A DNA stretch of 64,000 nt from Octopus sinensis (lineage: Eukaryota): the NCBI RefSeq assembly GCF_006345805.1, contig NC_043005.1, forward strand, positions 98,084,001 through 98,148,000, read 5' to 3'. The position numbers and the translations under genes are program-made. Of this stretch, positions 1-11,559 are shown one piece after another. The stretch's first letter is position 1, and each line of letters starts with the position of its first letter. The notes beneath the pieces are model-generated. The model was not told the DNA's origin and did no database searches. It worked only from the letters and a program-made list of their open reading frames with translations.

Positions 1-569
1 TGTAAAGTGTGGTAGATTAGATAGATATAGGTGGGAAATTGAAAGGGTAGGATGTAGCAACTTGTGAGAAAGGCAGGCGTGAATAGTCACTTAAAAATAT
101 GGCATGGGTAAGGAAACTAGTGGAAGCCTGCATGTCTATAACAGTATTATATTTACTATGGAAGAAATATTTTTGCTCTGCAATGGAAATTTTGTTCTGT
201 CACTGCTTCTAGACTTAAATAAGGCACACGCACACACACAAACATTACTTTCTTCAATATTTACATCTGTTTTTCATGCTAGAATGGGTTGGACAAATAC
301 TTATTATTATCCACACCTTCTGACAGTATAACTTACTCCAGCAGTGCCAAACAACATTGATGCCACAGGAATATCCCAATATTTCCGTCCATACTATTGC
401 AGGCCTCTGTGTCTTTTTGCCCCTCCATTATCCATACAGCCATCATACCACCAAATGGTATATGCTGTAACCACTCAAGCCATGCAGCAACCATTTTGTT
501 TCACTGTTTGCTGTTCTCAGCTCTCGGCTCTGGTTGGTCCTACTCTCACATGCTTTTGTGTGTGTATAT

Positions 570-621
<52 letters not shown>

Positions 622-1234
622 ATATTGTGTTAAAAACAGCTCAATAATATATATATATATATATATATATACATTGGAGAAAGAGATATGTATAGATGCA
701 CGTACATATATAAGAAATTTAAGAGTAAAATATAAATTTTGCTTGGAAACAATGGATAGTTGTTGTGTGTGTTGTTATAAAGGTGTGACGGTGGTGGTGT
801 TCATTGTTTTATTGTTAGGTGGTAGTATGGAAATAAAAGCAGCGAGCTACTTGTAGAGTAACACTGGTGTTGTTGTTATTATCATTGCTGTTTGTGCTGC
901 TGATGGTGGCAGTGGCGATTGGGATGTCGATTTTATTGTTGTTGTTGGAATATAAGTAAGGGTGGTGATGGTGGTGGAGGAAGAGCAGAGCGGGGGTGGG
1001 GTAAATAAACAGTGAAGCATTAAGGAGAGTAGTATGGTTGATAAAGGTCGCAATAGAAATGGTGGTAGCAGCAGAAGTAAGTAAAATATAAAAATAGGAG
1101 AAAAGAAAAGCAATAAAACTTAAAAGACAAAACAAAAGAACTGAAGAAGCCAAATACAGAAACTGATGGTTTTTGATGCCATTTTATTTCATTTTTATTT
1201 TCTGCAATTCTACCTTGACTTCTTCTCACTTTCA

Positions 1235-1238
<4 letters not shown>

Positions 1239-1308
<70 letters not shown>
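1239..1308. repeat. (CT)n microsatellite
   Basis: Pure CT tract; explains SLSLSL ORF 1166..1414. Confidence 0.95.
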
Positions 1309-1314
<6 letters not shown>

Positions 1315-2029
1315 TTCCCCCTCTCTCTTACTCTTAAGCTTCCTCTTGTCCTTCTATTTACGCATCTTTTCAATTGCAATACCATTTGCTGTATTATGTG
1401 ATAATCTGATATAAAATAAAAAAATATCTCATGCGTCATTCTCTCTCTTTGTATGTAACACACTCACACACATACACACTCACACACATACACACACACG
1501 CACTTACAAGAAAAATAAAAAAAAAAACAGAACCAAATCTAAGAAAGATAATTCCTTCATTAATGATCTTTTTTGCTTCGTTAAATAAATACAATTCGCT
1601 GTTTGCTTATTTTGTAATGAATTTATGATGATGATGATGATTCTTGAAAAAAGACACAGATTTTGGCAAAGGAGGAATGTCCTGTGTGATTCTCATTCAG
1701 TTGGCACCACTTGCTTTTTCTTCTCTTGAGAATGATTATTAGATCAAAGAGAAAATCTATATTAATAGAGAAGTTGAAGTGGGAATTGGATTTTATACAA
1801 ATACTTTAATCTATCAATGTATAAAAAATAATTTGTTTGTCTGCGTCTCATAAAGGAACCAGCACCAATTACAAACCATTATCACTTGATGACACTCAAT
1901 TCAATGCTGTTTCCGCATTTCAATGTAAGCCCTTAAATAAGGGTGTATATACAGTACACACACACACATACACATGCACACACACGCACACATGCACACA
2001 CACCACACACAACACACTCGTGTGCCAGT

Positions 2030-2350
2030 GTCACGTAAAAAGGCACTCATGCTGGCACCATGTAGAAACTGCATCTGTGCCATGTAAGAGCTCTCAAGAT
2101 GGCGCAACATATAAAGCACCAAGTGCACTCGGTAAAGTGGTTTTGTGTTAGGAAGGACACCCTGCTGTAGAAACTATGGCAAAACAGACAACTGGAGCTC
2201 AGTGCAGCCATTTGGCTTGCCTGCTCCGGTCAAACTGTTTAATTCATGTCAGCATGGAAAATGAATGTTAAATGATGATGACAACGATGATGATGTTGAT
2301 GACAATGATGACGATGATGGTGATGACGATGATGATGAAGATGATGATGG

Positions 2351-2389
<39 letters not shown>

Positions 2390-2445
2390 CAATGATGATG
2401 TTGATGGTGATGACGATGATGATGACGACGATGATGACGATGATA
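2030..2445 (+). mobile_element. Short copy of RTE 3'-tail element with long compound (GAT/GAC)n tail
   Basis: gtgtcacgtaaaaaggcac...ttaggaaggacaccctgctgtagaaac...gcatggaaaatgaatgttaaa(tga)n matches the 3' end of the RTE at 29930-30100. Confidence 0.7.
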
Positions 2446-2489
2446 AACACACACGCACACATTATAAGGGATTGTAATTCTAGGACTCA

Positions 2490-2710
2490 TGGGGCTAGTT
2501 ATCCAGTTTCCATGGCATATAATGTGACTAAGGTCAGCACATTCCGTCTGAACAGGAGGCCAGTTCATTGCTTATCCTTTACGGCTGAAAGGACTGGAGC
2601 GATGTGAAATTGTTTTGCTCAAGAACACAATACACTGCTGGGGCCTGGAATGGAAACCATGATCTTGTGATCATGAGTACAACACCCTAACCACTGGGCC
2701 ACATGCCCTC
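2490..2710 (-). mobile_element. tRNA-derived SINE
   Basis: Minus strand starts gagggcatgtggcccagtggttagggtgttgtactcatgatcacaagatc (tRNA-like head), then ttcttgagcaaaac; related heads at 63445 and 47085. Confidence 0.65.
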
Positions 2711-2889
2711 ATAAATGTGTATCTATATGATATACAAGGCTGGGTAAATTCAAAGTTCACTCAGTCATTTTGTTTCAAGTTTGGAGTAATTGTGTGACCC
2801 CTTAGCTGAAGTGTCTTCTCGTTTAGCTTCATACTGACCAATGTCTGGCAAGTTGTGTTTGATAGAAGTTCATTGCATGTTAAAAAAGG

Positions 2890-3215
2890 TAGCCCTCCAT
2901 CAGTTACGATGACGAGGGTCCCAGCTGATATGATCAACGGAACAGCTTGCTTGTGAAATTAACATGCAAGTGGCTGAGCACTCCACAGACACTTGCATAC
3001 CCTTAATATAGTTCTCAGGGAAATTCAGCGTGACACAGTGTGTGATAAGACTGGCCCTTTGAAATACAGGTACGACTCATTTTTGCCAGCTGAGTGGACT
3101 GGAGCAATGTGAAATAAAGTGTCTTGCTCAAGGACATAACGTGTCACCGGGAATTGAACTCACAACCTTACAATCGTGAATCAAATGCCCTAACCACTAA
3201 GCCATTTGCCTTCAC
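2890..3215 (-). mobile_element. tRNA-derived SINE (second copy at 31965-32290)
   Basis: tRNA-like head (ggcttagtggttagggcatt...gtgagttcaattcccggtg) with body shared with 31965-32290. Confidence 0.75.
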
Positions 3216-3639
3216 GCATTGCATGTACATCTAACATAAACATTATTATTGTCATCATCATCATTGTATTAATGTTCGCTTTTCCATGCGGAGATTTTTG
3301 AGACAGATTTACAACAGCTAGATACCCTTTCTGACCCCAACACTCAGCTGCTCCCAAGCAAAGTGATACCCTCCCATGGGCAGACAAATTTTTGCAGAAT
3401 ATTGGAAATGAATGACCCTGCTTTTATGACAGTGGTCCTCATTTACAGCTATCATGTGATGTCATAACAAGGAGACACAAGTGTACACACGCACTCACAC
3501 ATGTCTACATATATTTATACATACATTCATACATATATACATACATACATACATACATACATACATACATACATACATACATACATACATACACATACAT
3601 ACATACACACATACACACATATACATATATATCATCATC

Positions 3640-4430
3640 CTCATCATTATCATCATTTAGTGCCTGTTGTCCATGCTGGCATGGGTTGGACAGTTTGACC
3701 AGGGCTGACAAGCTGGAAGGCTGCACCAGACTCCAGTTTTATTTGGCATGGTTTCTACAGTTGGATGCCCTTCCTAACACAAACCACTCAAAGAGTGGTG
3801 ATTTTATATGCCACCGGCTTGGGGACCATTTACGTGACACCAGTATCTGCTACGGCTGCAAGTTTACTTGGCTTGATGGGCCTTCTTCTCAAGCATGACA
3901 TAATGCCAAAGGTCTCGGTCATTGCCTCTGTGAGGCCCAACACTTCAGAGGAGCTCAGCCACTTTGTCTCCGTGAGGTCCAATGCTTGAGAAGTGCTTTT
4001 TACATGCCACTGGTATGGGTGCCAGTTGTGTGACACCAGCATCAGCCATGACTACGATACCACTTGGCTTGATGGGTCTTCTCAAGCACAACATATTGCC
4101 AAAGGTCTTGGTCACTAGACATTGCCTCTGTGAGGCCCAAAGTTTAAAAATCATGCTTCACCACCTTGTCCCATGTCTTCCTGGGTCTGCCTCTACCACA
4201 GTCAGAGAATGGCACTTCTTTACACAGCTGTACTCGTCCATACACATCACATGACCATACCAGCAGAGTTGTCTCTCTTGCACACCACATCTGATGCCTT
4301 TTATGCCCAACTTTTCTCTCAACTTGCTTACACTCTGTCAAACATGCACACTGACATTGCACATCCAGCAAAGCGTACTGGCTTCATATCTTTCAAGCCT
4401 ATGCATGTCCATGTTACACAGCCCATGCTA
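3640..4430 (-). mobile_element. RTE 3' tail copy, short tandem repeats and RTE ORF C-terminal fragment
   Basis: ORF 4144..4371 contains CKEVPFSDCGRGRPRKTWDKVVKHD, homologous to the RTE C-terminus at 29370-29420; tail motif at 3650-3830. Confidence 0.75.
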
Positions 4431-4789
4431 GCTGTGCATTGTGTTCTTGAGCAAAACACTTCATTTCATGCTGCCCCAGTCCACTCAGCTGTAAGTGGGT
4501 AACTTTGTGATGGATCGGTGTACAAGGATGAAATGATGCCTCAGGAAAATCACCCAAATAAAGGTCTTGTGGGCCATGTTTTTGTATCCAGTGACTAAAA
4601 TAACGAATAGTACAAACTGTTCTGTGAATCCCAACTATTTGAAATTGGCTCTTCATGTTCAAGCACAGTGAAAGGTAGTAATGATAATATCTAAATCTAG
4701 GTCTTTCCCAATCGTTGTGTTCATACCATATCTCCATAAACTACTCTACTCCGCTCTTATTTAGAAACCTGAGCCGGCAGAAACATTAT

Positions 4790-4995
4790 GGGCAGCGAGC
4801 TGGCAGAAACGCTAGCACGCCGGGCGAAATGCATAGCCGTATTTCGTCTGCCATTACGTTCTAGGTTTCATCCTTTCGGGGTCGATTAAATAAGTACCAG
4901 TTATGCACTGGGGTCGATGTAATCGACTTAATCCGTATGTCTGTTCTTGTTTGTCCCCACTGCGTTTAGCCCCTTGTGGGTAGTAAAGAAATATA
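4790..4995 (+). mobile_element. SINE family A (tRNA head, cctttcatcctttcggggtcgat central domain), internally deleted copy
   Basis: Matches copies at 30985 and 58095 but lacks gagttcaaattccgccgaggtcgactttgcc. The central motif resembles the Meta/MESC SINE domain (from memory, unverified). Confidence 0.85.
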
Positions 4996-5083
4996 TTCAT
5001 CACTCACCCATTCAATATCCTTAACTACTATCCACTCCATCTTTCCTGTCTGCTCATGTAGTAAAGAATGACATCACACAGAC

Positions 5084-5343
5084 CAGTGGTTCTCGACCAT
5101 TTTCTACATGTGGATCCCTTTGATTCTTATTTTACTCTTAATGGACCCTAATAAACACTTGATACTGAAATAAAATCCTATTATATCTTTTAGTAATTAA
5201 ATATTATAAGAGATTGTATAGAAAAATTGTTAAAATATCTATTGTATTGTAGATGTATGAGTAATTTATTGCACATAAACTTCAACAACAAAATCCTTAC
5301 ATGGACCCTGAAGGGTCATACAGAGCCCAGTTGAGGACCACTG
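5084..5343. mobile_element. hAT-type MITE
   Basis: Termini CAGTGGTTCTCGACC / GTTGAGGACCACTG; degenerate 8-bp TSD acacagac/acataaac (6/8). Confidence 0.7.
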
Positions 5344-5833
5344 ACATAAACTGTATTCAATAGACCCTTACAATTATCCTTTCTTTATTGTTAGGCTTCA
5401 CTCCCTCCTTCTATTATTCCCTCACCTGTCACTCATTATTGACATCCATCACTACCAATCTCTTGCCTTCACTTACCTTCGTAGCTATCCCCTACTCTCT
5501 TTCTCATCACTTCGTTCACTATTTTTGACAGCCATTACTCTCACTCTCTCCCCACTCCCAGTCTAAGTACACCCTTCTATGGCTTATCCCCTATTTATCC
5601 TCTTTTAATTCAGGCTGGTGGCTACTTCACAATTTTATTTTCTATTTGTAAGAATTCCCTTGATTATCAAATTAAATTATCAACTAGAGACTAAATATAT
5701 TAGAGCTGACCTACAGGCAATACTTAAATGCAACCACTGACACACATATGTATGTATGTGTGTATGTATAGATATAGATATATGCATGTATGCATGTGTA
5801 TATATATATATGTACACACACACACACACACAC

Positions 5834-5871
<38 letters not shown>

Positions 5872-5955
5872 GCATATATGATATTTAGAGATAGCAGTCC
5901 CCATTATCACACCATATAAAAGAATTATATCTTAATACTTACTCCTCATTTCTAA

Positions 5956-6063
5956 ATTTCTCTGCTACGTGTGTTTCTTGAGGTTCTTTTACCATTCCTT
6001 AAGCATGCAGTGTTTTACAGGAACATTTCTTAAAACACAACCCCAATCGTCAGGCCTCTAAAT
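5956..6063 (-). ncRNA. Type I hammerhead ribozyme motif with extended stem II
   Basis: Minus strand: CUGACGA (6053-6047), stem II UUGGGGUU/AACCUCAA, GAAA (5977-5974), CACACG, cleavage triplet GUA (5968-5966), stem I with a 4x4 purine internal loop. Confidence 0.7.
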
Positions 6064-6259
6064 AACTTTATAATAATTCAATACCAAATTCTATATTTTA
6101 GTTTTTTAACAGATAAATATGCGTAAGTATTAAAATAAAATCTTTTATATGGGGTGGGATGATGGGGACTGCTATTTCTAAATAACATATATCTCCTCAT
6201 TGAAAATAATTTTATTCCTAATAAATAAAATAAAATATATATATGCATATATATATATA

Positions 6260-6295
<36 letters not shown>

Positions 6296-6366
6296 TATAT
6301 ATATATATATGTATAATTAGTGAATTGAAGAAATGGAGTTGAACGAAGATTGAACAGAAATCGTTT

Positions 6367-6458
6367 TATTTCATTCTACACGTGTTTCGAAAGGCACAAT
6401 TTACCAAATCCGATTGAATAATGAGACCATATTGTGTCTTTCTCTTCAGGAAGAAATA
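6367..6458 (-). ncRNA. Type I hammerhead ribozyme motif, canonical core
   Basis: Minus strand: stem I UAUUUCUUC/GAAUGAAAUA, CUGAAGA (6449-6443), stem II GAAAGACACAAU/AUUGUGCCUUUC (11 of 12 pairs), GAAA, palindromic stem III ACACGUGU, GUA cleavage site at 6377. Confidence 0.88.
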
Positions 6459-6627
6459 GGAAATCCGTTGGAAAAAACAAAAACAGAACAGAGGCGGAGC
6501 AAAACAAATCAAACGAGGCTCCTAAGGGCCCATGGCCAAACTGTTTATCAGTGTATGTTGAAAACGGGTGGTGGGTGCGTTATATATATATATATTGAGA
6601 GAAAGATATAAATATAAATTTTGCATA

Positions 6628-6872
6628 TAGGGTGGTGCAAAAGTAGTAGGTATACAGTTATGAAACACATACAATATGCATTTATTTTTATCAAAAAAAT
6701 TAAAAGTTATGATAAAAGTATTTTGATAGTTATGATAAATGCATTATTTTGATTAATGACATTGAAAATACCAAAAATGAGGCTAACAAATTTAATGTGC
6801 TAATAATTTTAATCAATTATCATAGCATTGAAACGATAGTTACTGTATACCTACTTTTGCATCCCCACTCTA
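6628..6872. mobile_element. Tc1/mariner-type MITE
   Basis: Inverted termini ...gtgcaaaagtagtaggtatacagt / actgtatacctacttttgcatc...; TA on both flanks. Confidence 0.7.
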
Positions 6873-7403
6873 TATGAATTTATATATATATATTTTGTAA
6901 TGGAATGGAAGGTTTATGATACCTGTGGAGTATCTCCTTCTCCCATTATAATTATTTTTGGAGTTTCAAGGATCTGGAACACGAAGAAGAAGTTCACAAG
7001 CGGAGTATACTTCAGTAGCCGTTTATTTACAGAGTTCCCGTTCATGTGGTTTGCTCTCAGCGATCATCTTTATAGCAGTGCATGGTTTGTCTTAACTCCG
7101 TCCACGTGAGGTTCATTACCTCTGGAGATAAGCACATGGAGTCAGAGCGGGACTAGAGTCTGCTGTGAACTGCTGGCTACAAAGTATTTCTCAGCGTAAG
7201 CATGAGAAGAATGAGAGAGTGACTGTCGCTGGTTTCTTGCTTAAATACTGGTTGCCGGCGAGAATCTCATTGTCATCTCACACATGGCAAATGGTTACCG
7301 GCGAGATCTTGTTAAACATGGTGCTGGCTTCTTGTGCCTCACTTCAACTTTAAAATCATATATATATACATTTATATATATATTTTTAAATCATATATCT
7401 TAA

Positions 7404-7540
7404 CCCTTTGAGCCTGTAATACCAGTTTACCAGTGGATAGTTTATTTTTCTCTATACTGTAGTACTGCTCTATTCTGTAGCACCAGTGAAGTGCCAGGTG
7501 TATGGTCAAATAAGATTTCAGGAGATCAGGGCTCAATGGG
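7404..7540. mobile_element. piggyBac-type MITE (137 bp)
   Basis: TTAA|CCCTTTGAGCC ... GGGCTCAATGGG|TTAA. Confidence 0.75.
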
Positions 7541-8678
7541 TTAATACATAAAAGACAGTTTGTGTGTTGTGTGTGTGTGTGTGTGCATATGTTCCTTATG
7601 AATTCACAAACTGAATTGCTAGTTTTGACTTATGAGATATCAAAAGATTCAGTACTCTTTCAGCTACCAAATAAACTTTATTTTCATTTACTTATTTGCA
7701 TTGCAAAAATTTAACGTTATAATCTTTCTATAAGTCACCTATTGTAAACGACATTTTAAACCATAACAACGATGACAATGATGTCACATTTTCTATATGA
7801 GTGTGTATATATCTGGCAATGTGTGTTTGTTTGTGCATTCATTACGTACATTAGGCTGATGACTGACAAATATACGTGTGTGTATGTGAGGATGTATGTG
7901 TCTGTCAGTATACATACATTTTTGTGACGACTGACACACACACACATCTAAAGAAAGAGACAGACACACAGATGGACAGAGATAAGCCTGAGGTGTGCGT
8001 GAATGTATGTCTGTGTGTCTGTCTTAGTATATGTATGTGACTGTATTGCCCAACAGTCAAATGCTGATCTTGAAAGAGTTTAGTTTAGTTGCCACCTGGA
8101 CGTTCAATGAACAACAGCATTCACTTTGAAGTACCACTGTTTGAATTTTCCTTTTCATCATGGAGAGTTGCGGTTTAAACAGCATTAACGATTATCACTA
8201 CTTATGTGCTGAAATATTATTCTGGTTTTTATAACCAACAAGAAGATATGGCTGATTTGACAGCACTCACAACACTTGCAAATATTTCTGAAAATAAATG
8301 TTATTCTGGTCATTATAGCAAATTCAGAAACTTGGTGAAGTAGAAAGCCTTAATGGCTCTTTTAATATAATTACAGAAATGTTATTCAAGTCCTTATAAC
8401 CAGTTTGAAGATAATGCTTTTTTAACAGTCCTAGCATTCTTATCGTATTCCTGCTATGCTGCTTCATTGGTGTGAGTATTCAAAAGCTGTGCAACCTTTT
8501 TACTGCATTAGTCAGTATTTATTCTACACAATTAAAATATATAGTAAATGATGTCAAATTAATTTATGTCTTGCTATATACATCCTTCAGCAAATGTTTT
8601 AAATTAATTAACATTCACAACAGCAACATATTCCTTTTTACTCAGTATTCGTTTAAAAATTGTAAAATAATAAATTAT

Positions 8679-8884
8679 GCAGCATGAAATTTTGTCAGTG
8701 AACAGGTCGTGGTCTCAAAGCGACGAAAATATTTTGACAAATTAAATTTAAATGTTGAATTGAATCTAATGGTTTTTGTGTGTTTCTTAAATGGCTTATA
8801 AACACCTTCCACGCTGCAGTTGTTTTCGTTGCATAGCTCACCTGATCTCAGATCAGGTGACGTGCTATGCAAGTACATCTCTGT
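8679..8884 (+). mobile_element. 206-bp non-autonomous HHR-bearing element (pLTR/retrozyme-like)
   Basis: Flanked by a 13-nt direct repeat aataataaattat (8666-8678 / 8885-8897); its 3' half recurs at 44635-44757. Confidence 0.7.
8691..8741 (+). ncRNA. Type I hammerhead motif with G3-C8 core variant
   Basis: Stem I UUUGUCA/UGACAAA, core GUGAACA plus extra G, stem II GUCGU/GCGAC, GAAA (8725-8728), palindromic stem III AAUAUU, U17 at 8734. Confidence 0.72.
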
Positions 8885-9329
8885 AATAATAAATTATTTT
8901 TGTATGAAAAATTGAATTATGCCTTCTGAATTTTCCTGGAGCTTGATTTTCTTCATCATGACATCCAGTCCTGAACTTTATAACATTTAGTACATGTTCC
9001 AAATAAATGTCGACTTTCTGTACTTTGCTAATTTGGAGGCACATAGTAATTTTGGCTAAGTTGGTGACTTTCCGATGCTGGAATATTTCTTTTGGAAATA
9101 TTCCCTAAAAATATTTCTATAGCATAACTATTCTACAGAAAGTATGTTTTGCATCTATATTGACTACATTTCATTTGAACTTCGTGTTTCCAGTATTAAA
9201 AATTCTGTGAGTGTCTACGTGTCTGTGAGTGTGTGTGTTTCCATGTTTGTTACATCTATATTAAACTATAGTAAAGGACATTTTAAGCCATTTTAATGAG
9301 CCCACATCTAATGAAGTAGCCATTCTTAT

Positions 9330-10290
9330 GGTAAGTGATCCCCATGAAAATCGTGATATTCTCATTAATACTCGAGATAGCAATCTTGGATGAGTTTCAC
9401 AGACTCATCCCTCCTATGATGCTCTCCAGTATCCTCTTATTCTGTGGAATGGACAAGATGGGTATCATTTCAATATTCCACAGTTTGAACCTGCAGCAGG
9501 AGAGCCAATTACAAACAAAAAGGTATTGTCAAATGACTTCCATTCTTACCAACAGATGTTAAAACCAGAACAATCAAATCAATTATACATGTACTGTGAT
9601 CTATTTCAGCAAATACCTGGTTGATATTTATGCTAAAGTTGAGAGTCAACATCTCCTCTACATTCATAACAATTAAAATCAATTAAGGGATAAAACTTAT
9701 GCTCATCACCAAGATGCTCTGAGGACAGATGGCGATATTCAAAACATGAGGCAACTTATAAGCCTCTCATTATCATTCACAGGTGGTCCTTGATATATGC
9801 ATGAATGAACACATGATGCTATGACATATGTCAGGACATATGGGGAATCAGATTTTTTTCTCAATTCCACCTGCAATCCTAAATGGCAGAAAATAAAATC
9901 TAACCTTCTTTCAATGTTGCATCTTCTGATATTGCAGCTATCCTCCTCAATGGAAGAAGAACCGCTCATCCCATGTTCAAACTCCCTCTAAACCTTTCAA
10001 TGAAAGAAACTCAAATGTGCAACATTTCCAAAATCTCTGCAATGGCAACAGTTCTACAATAAACTTGCCTCATTGTTTGAGATGAGTGCACTGTTACATC
10101 GGGTGGTAACAGGATATTCACATTCAACTCAAGACTTCAGCTACATACTGAAATTATATGTGGTCAAATGATATTTTCACTTAGGGATCTTATGGATAAA
10201 ATATTTCTTAATTTATCTGTCGATTACACTAATGTAAACTGGCTATGTGAAAGAGCTGTACTAGCTCCAACTAATGAAATGAGTTTTCAA
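9330..10290 (+). pseudogene. Helitron Rep/PIF1-helicase remnant, internally deleted
   Basis: Across frames: HPSYDALQYPLILWNGQDGYHF; FTGGP*YMHE*THDAMTYVRTYG; CNPKW; GRRTAHPMFKLPL; WLCERAVLAPTNE. Confidence 0.85.
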
Positions 10291-10616
10291 ATTGAACTGT
10301 TCAATTTGAAAACTCCACTAGAGTGGATGAAAGCGCTAATATATGATATATGATTTATAAAAACATGTAACATTCTAATAAATATCTATAAATATAAAAC
10401 CATCCAGATTTCTGAGTACCTCATTTCTTCTAATATAATTATATATATATATATATATATATATCTATATCTATATATATAATTATATATAATTAATTAA
10501 TAAGGGTGAGAGAATTAGATACTAATTTAATAGTATATCTATTCTGCACCAAGTGGCCTAGTGCTCCGAGAAACCTGGATTATTATAATATTTTATATAT
10601 ATATTATAATTTTTAC

Positions 10617-11003
10617 AAAATAAATATAAGAGAGTGGTCACTATATGGCTCACTCTAGCACCAGTTAATCCAAAAGGTTTCAACCACAAAAACATGTTTC
10701 CCATGAAAGTCAGTACGATTGTTAGCTCACACGACAGGCAAATAAAAAATACAAAAATACAGATTATTTTGGGACAATTGTTTCGCTATTAATGAATTAA
10801 TGTATTAAATTAACATTTAATTCATTAATAGCGAAACAATTGTCCCAAAAATCTGTATTTTTTGTTATTTTTTATTTGCCCTGTCCGTGTGAGCTAACAA
10901 TCGTACTGACTTTCATGGGAAACATGTATTTTTGTGGTTGAAACCTTTTGATTAACTGGTGCTAGAGTGAGCCATATAGTGACCACTCTCTTATATTTAT
11001 TTT
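10617..11003. repeat. ~390-bp fold-back palindrome carrying two HHR 3' halves
   Basis: Arms near-perfectly complementary about ~10808; GAAACAATTGTC on + at 10833-10844 and on - at 10784-10773. Confidence 0.9.
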
Positions 11004-11004
11004 A

Positions 11005-11046
<42 letters not shown>

Positions 11047-11559
11047 TATAATTATATAATTATATATATATAATATATAATTATATTAAGAGATCAGGAT
11101 AAAAAAGTTTTATTTTATTTATTATTATTTGCTTGCTTACACCCTTTTTTTGTTTGGAGTTATTTGGCAGTTTCTTAGTGCCTTTGGCATCTATTTCAAG
11201 CATGCAGGAAAAGGGATTTTTATCCTGATCCCTTAGTTTAATTATACATATATATAATTATTTATTTAGTATCTATATATATATAATATATGTTTGTGTG
11301 TGTGTGTGTGTGTGTGCGGTGTGTGTGTGTGTGTGTGCATGTGTGTGTGTGCATGCAAACGTGTGTGTGTGTATACATGTACACCTTCAGCAATAGAGTG
11401 TAGTCACCATATTTCATTCCATAACAGCTACCTTTGATGTGTGCATGGTTACATATTCAGACTGTTGCCTAACACTTTGTTGGACCCCTAGTGCAAGCCA
11501 ATTGCTAAGATTGGCCATAATGGATATATACTACTGTACACTTTGATTAATATACCTGT

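Noticed and set aside
331-545. Minus-strand open frame ending at a GTAAGT donor-like site (possible host exon)
   Set aside because: Another frame resembles a decayed RTE C-terminus (GAKRHRG..W); no recognisable protein and no acceptor.
2239-2607. Poly-Asp/His/Met/Ser ORFs
   Set aside because: Translation of a (GAT)n retroposon tail.
6900-7350. GC-richer unique-looking block
   Set aside because: Stops in all frames examined and no motif recognised; probably an old TE fragment.
10905-10930. CTGAC...GAAACATGTA HHR-like string
   Set aside because: No G8/A9 and no stem II; TTTC pairs with GAAA instead.
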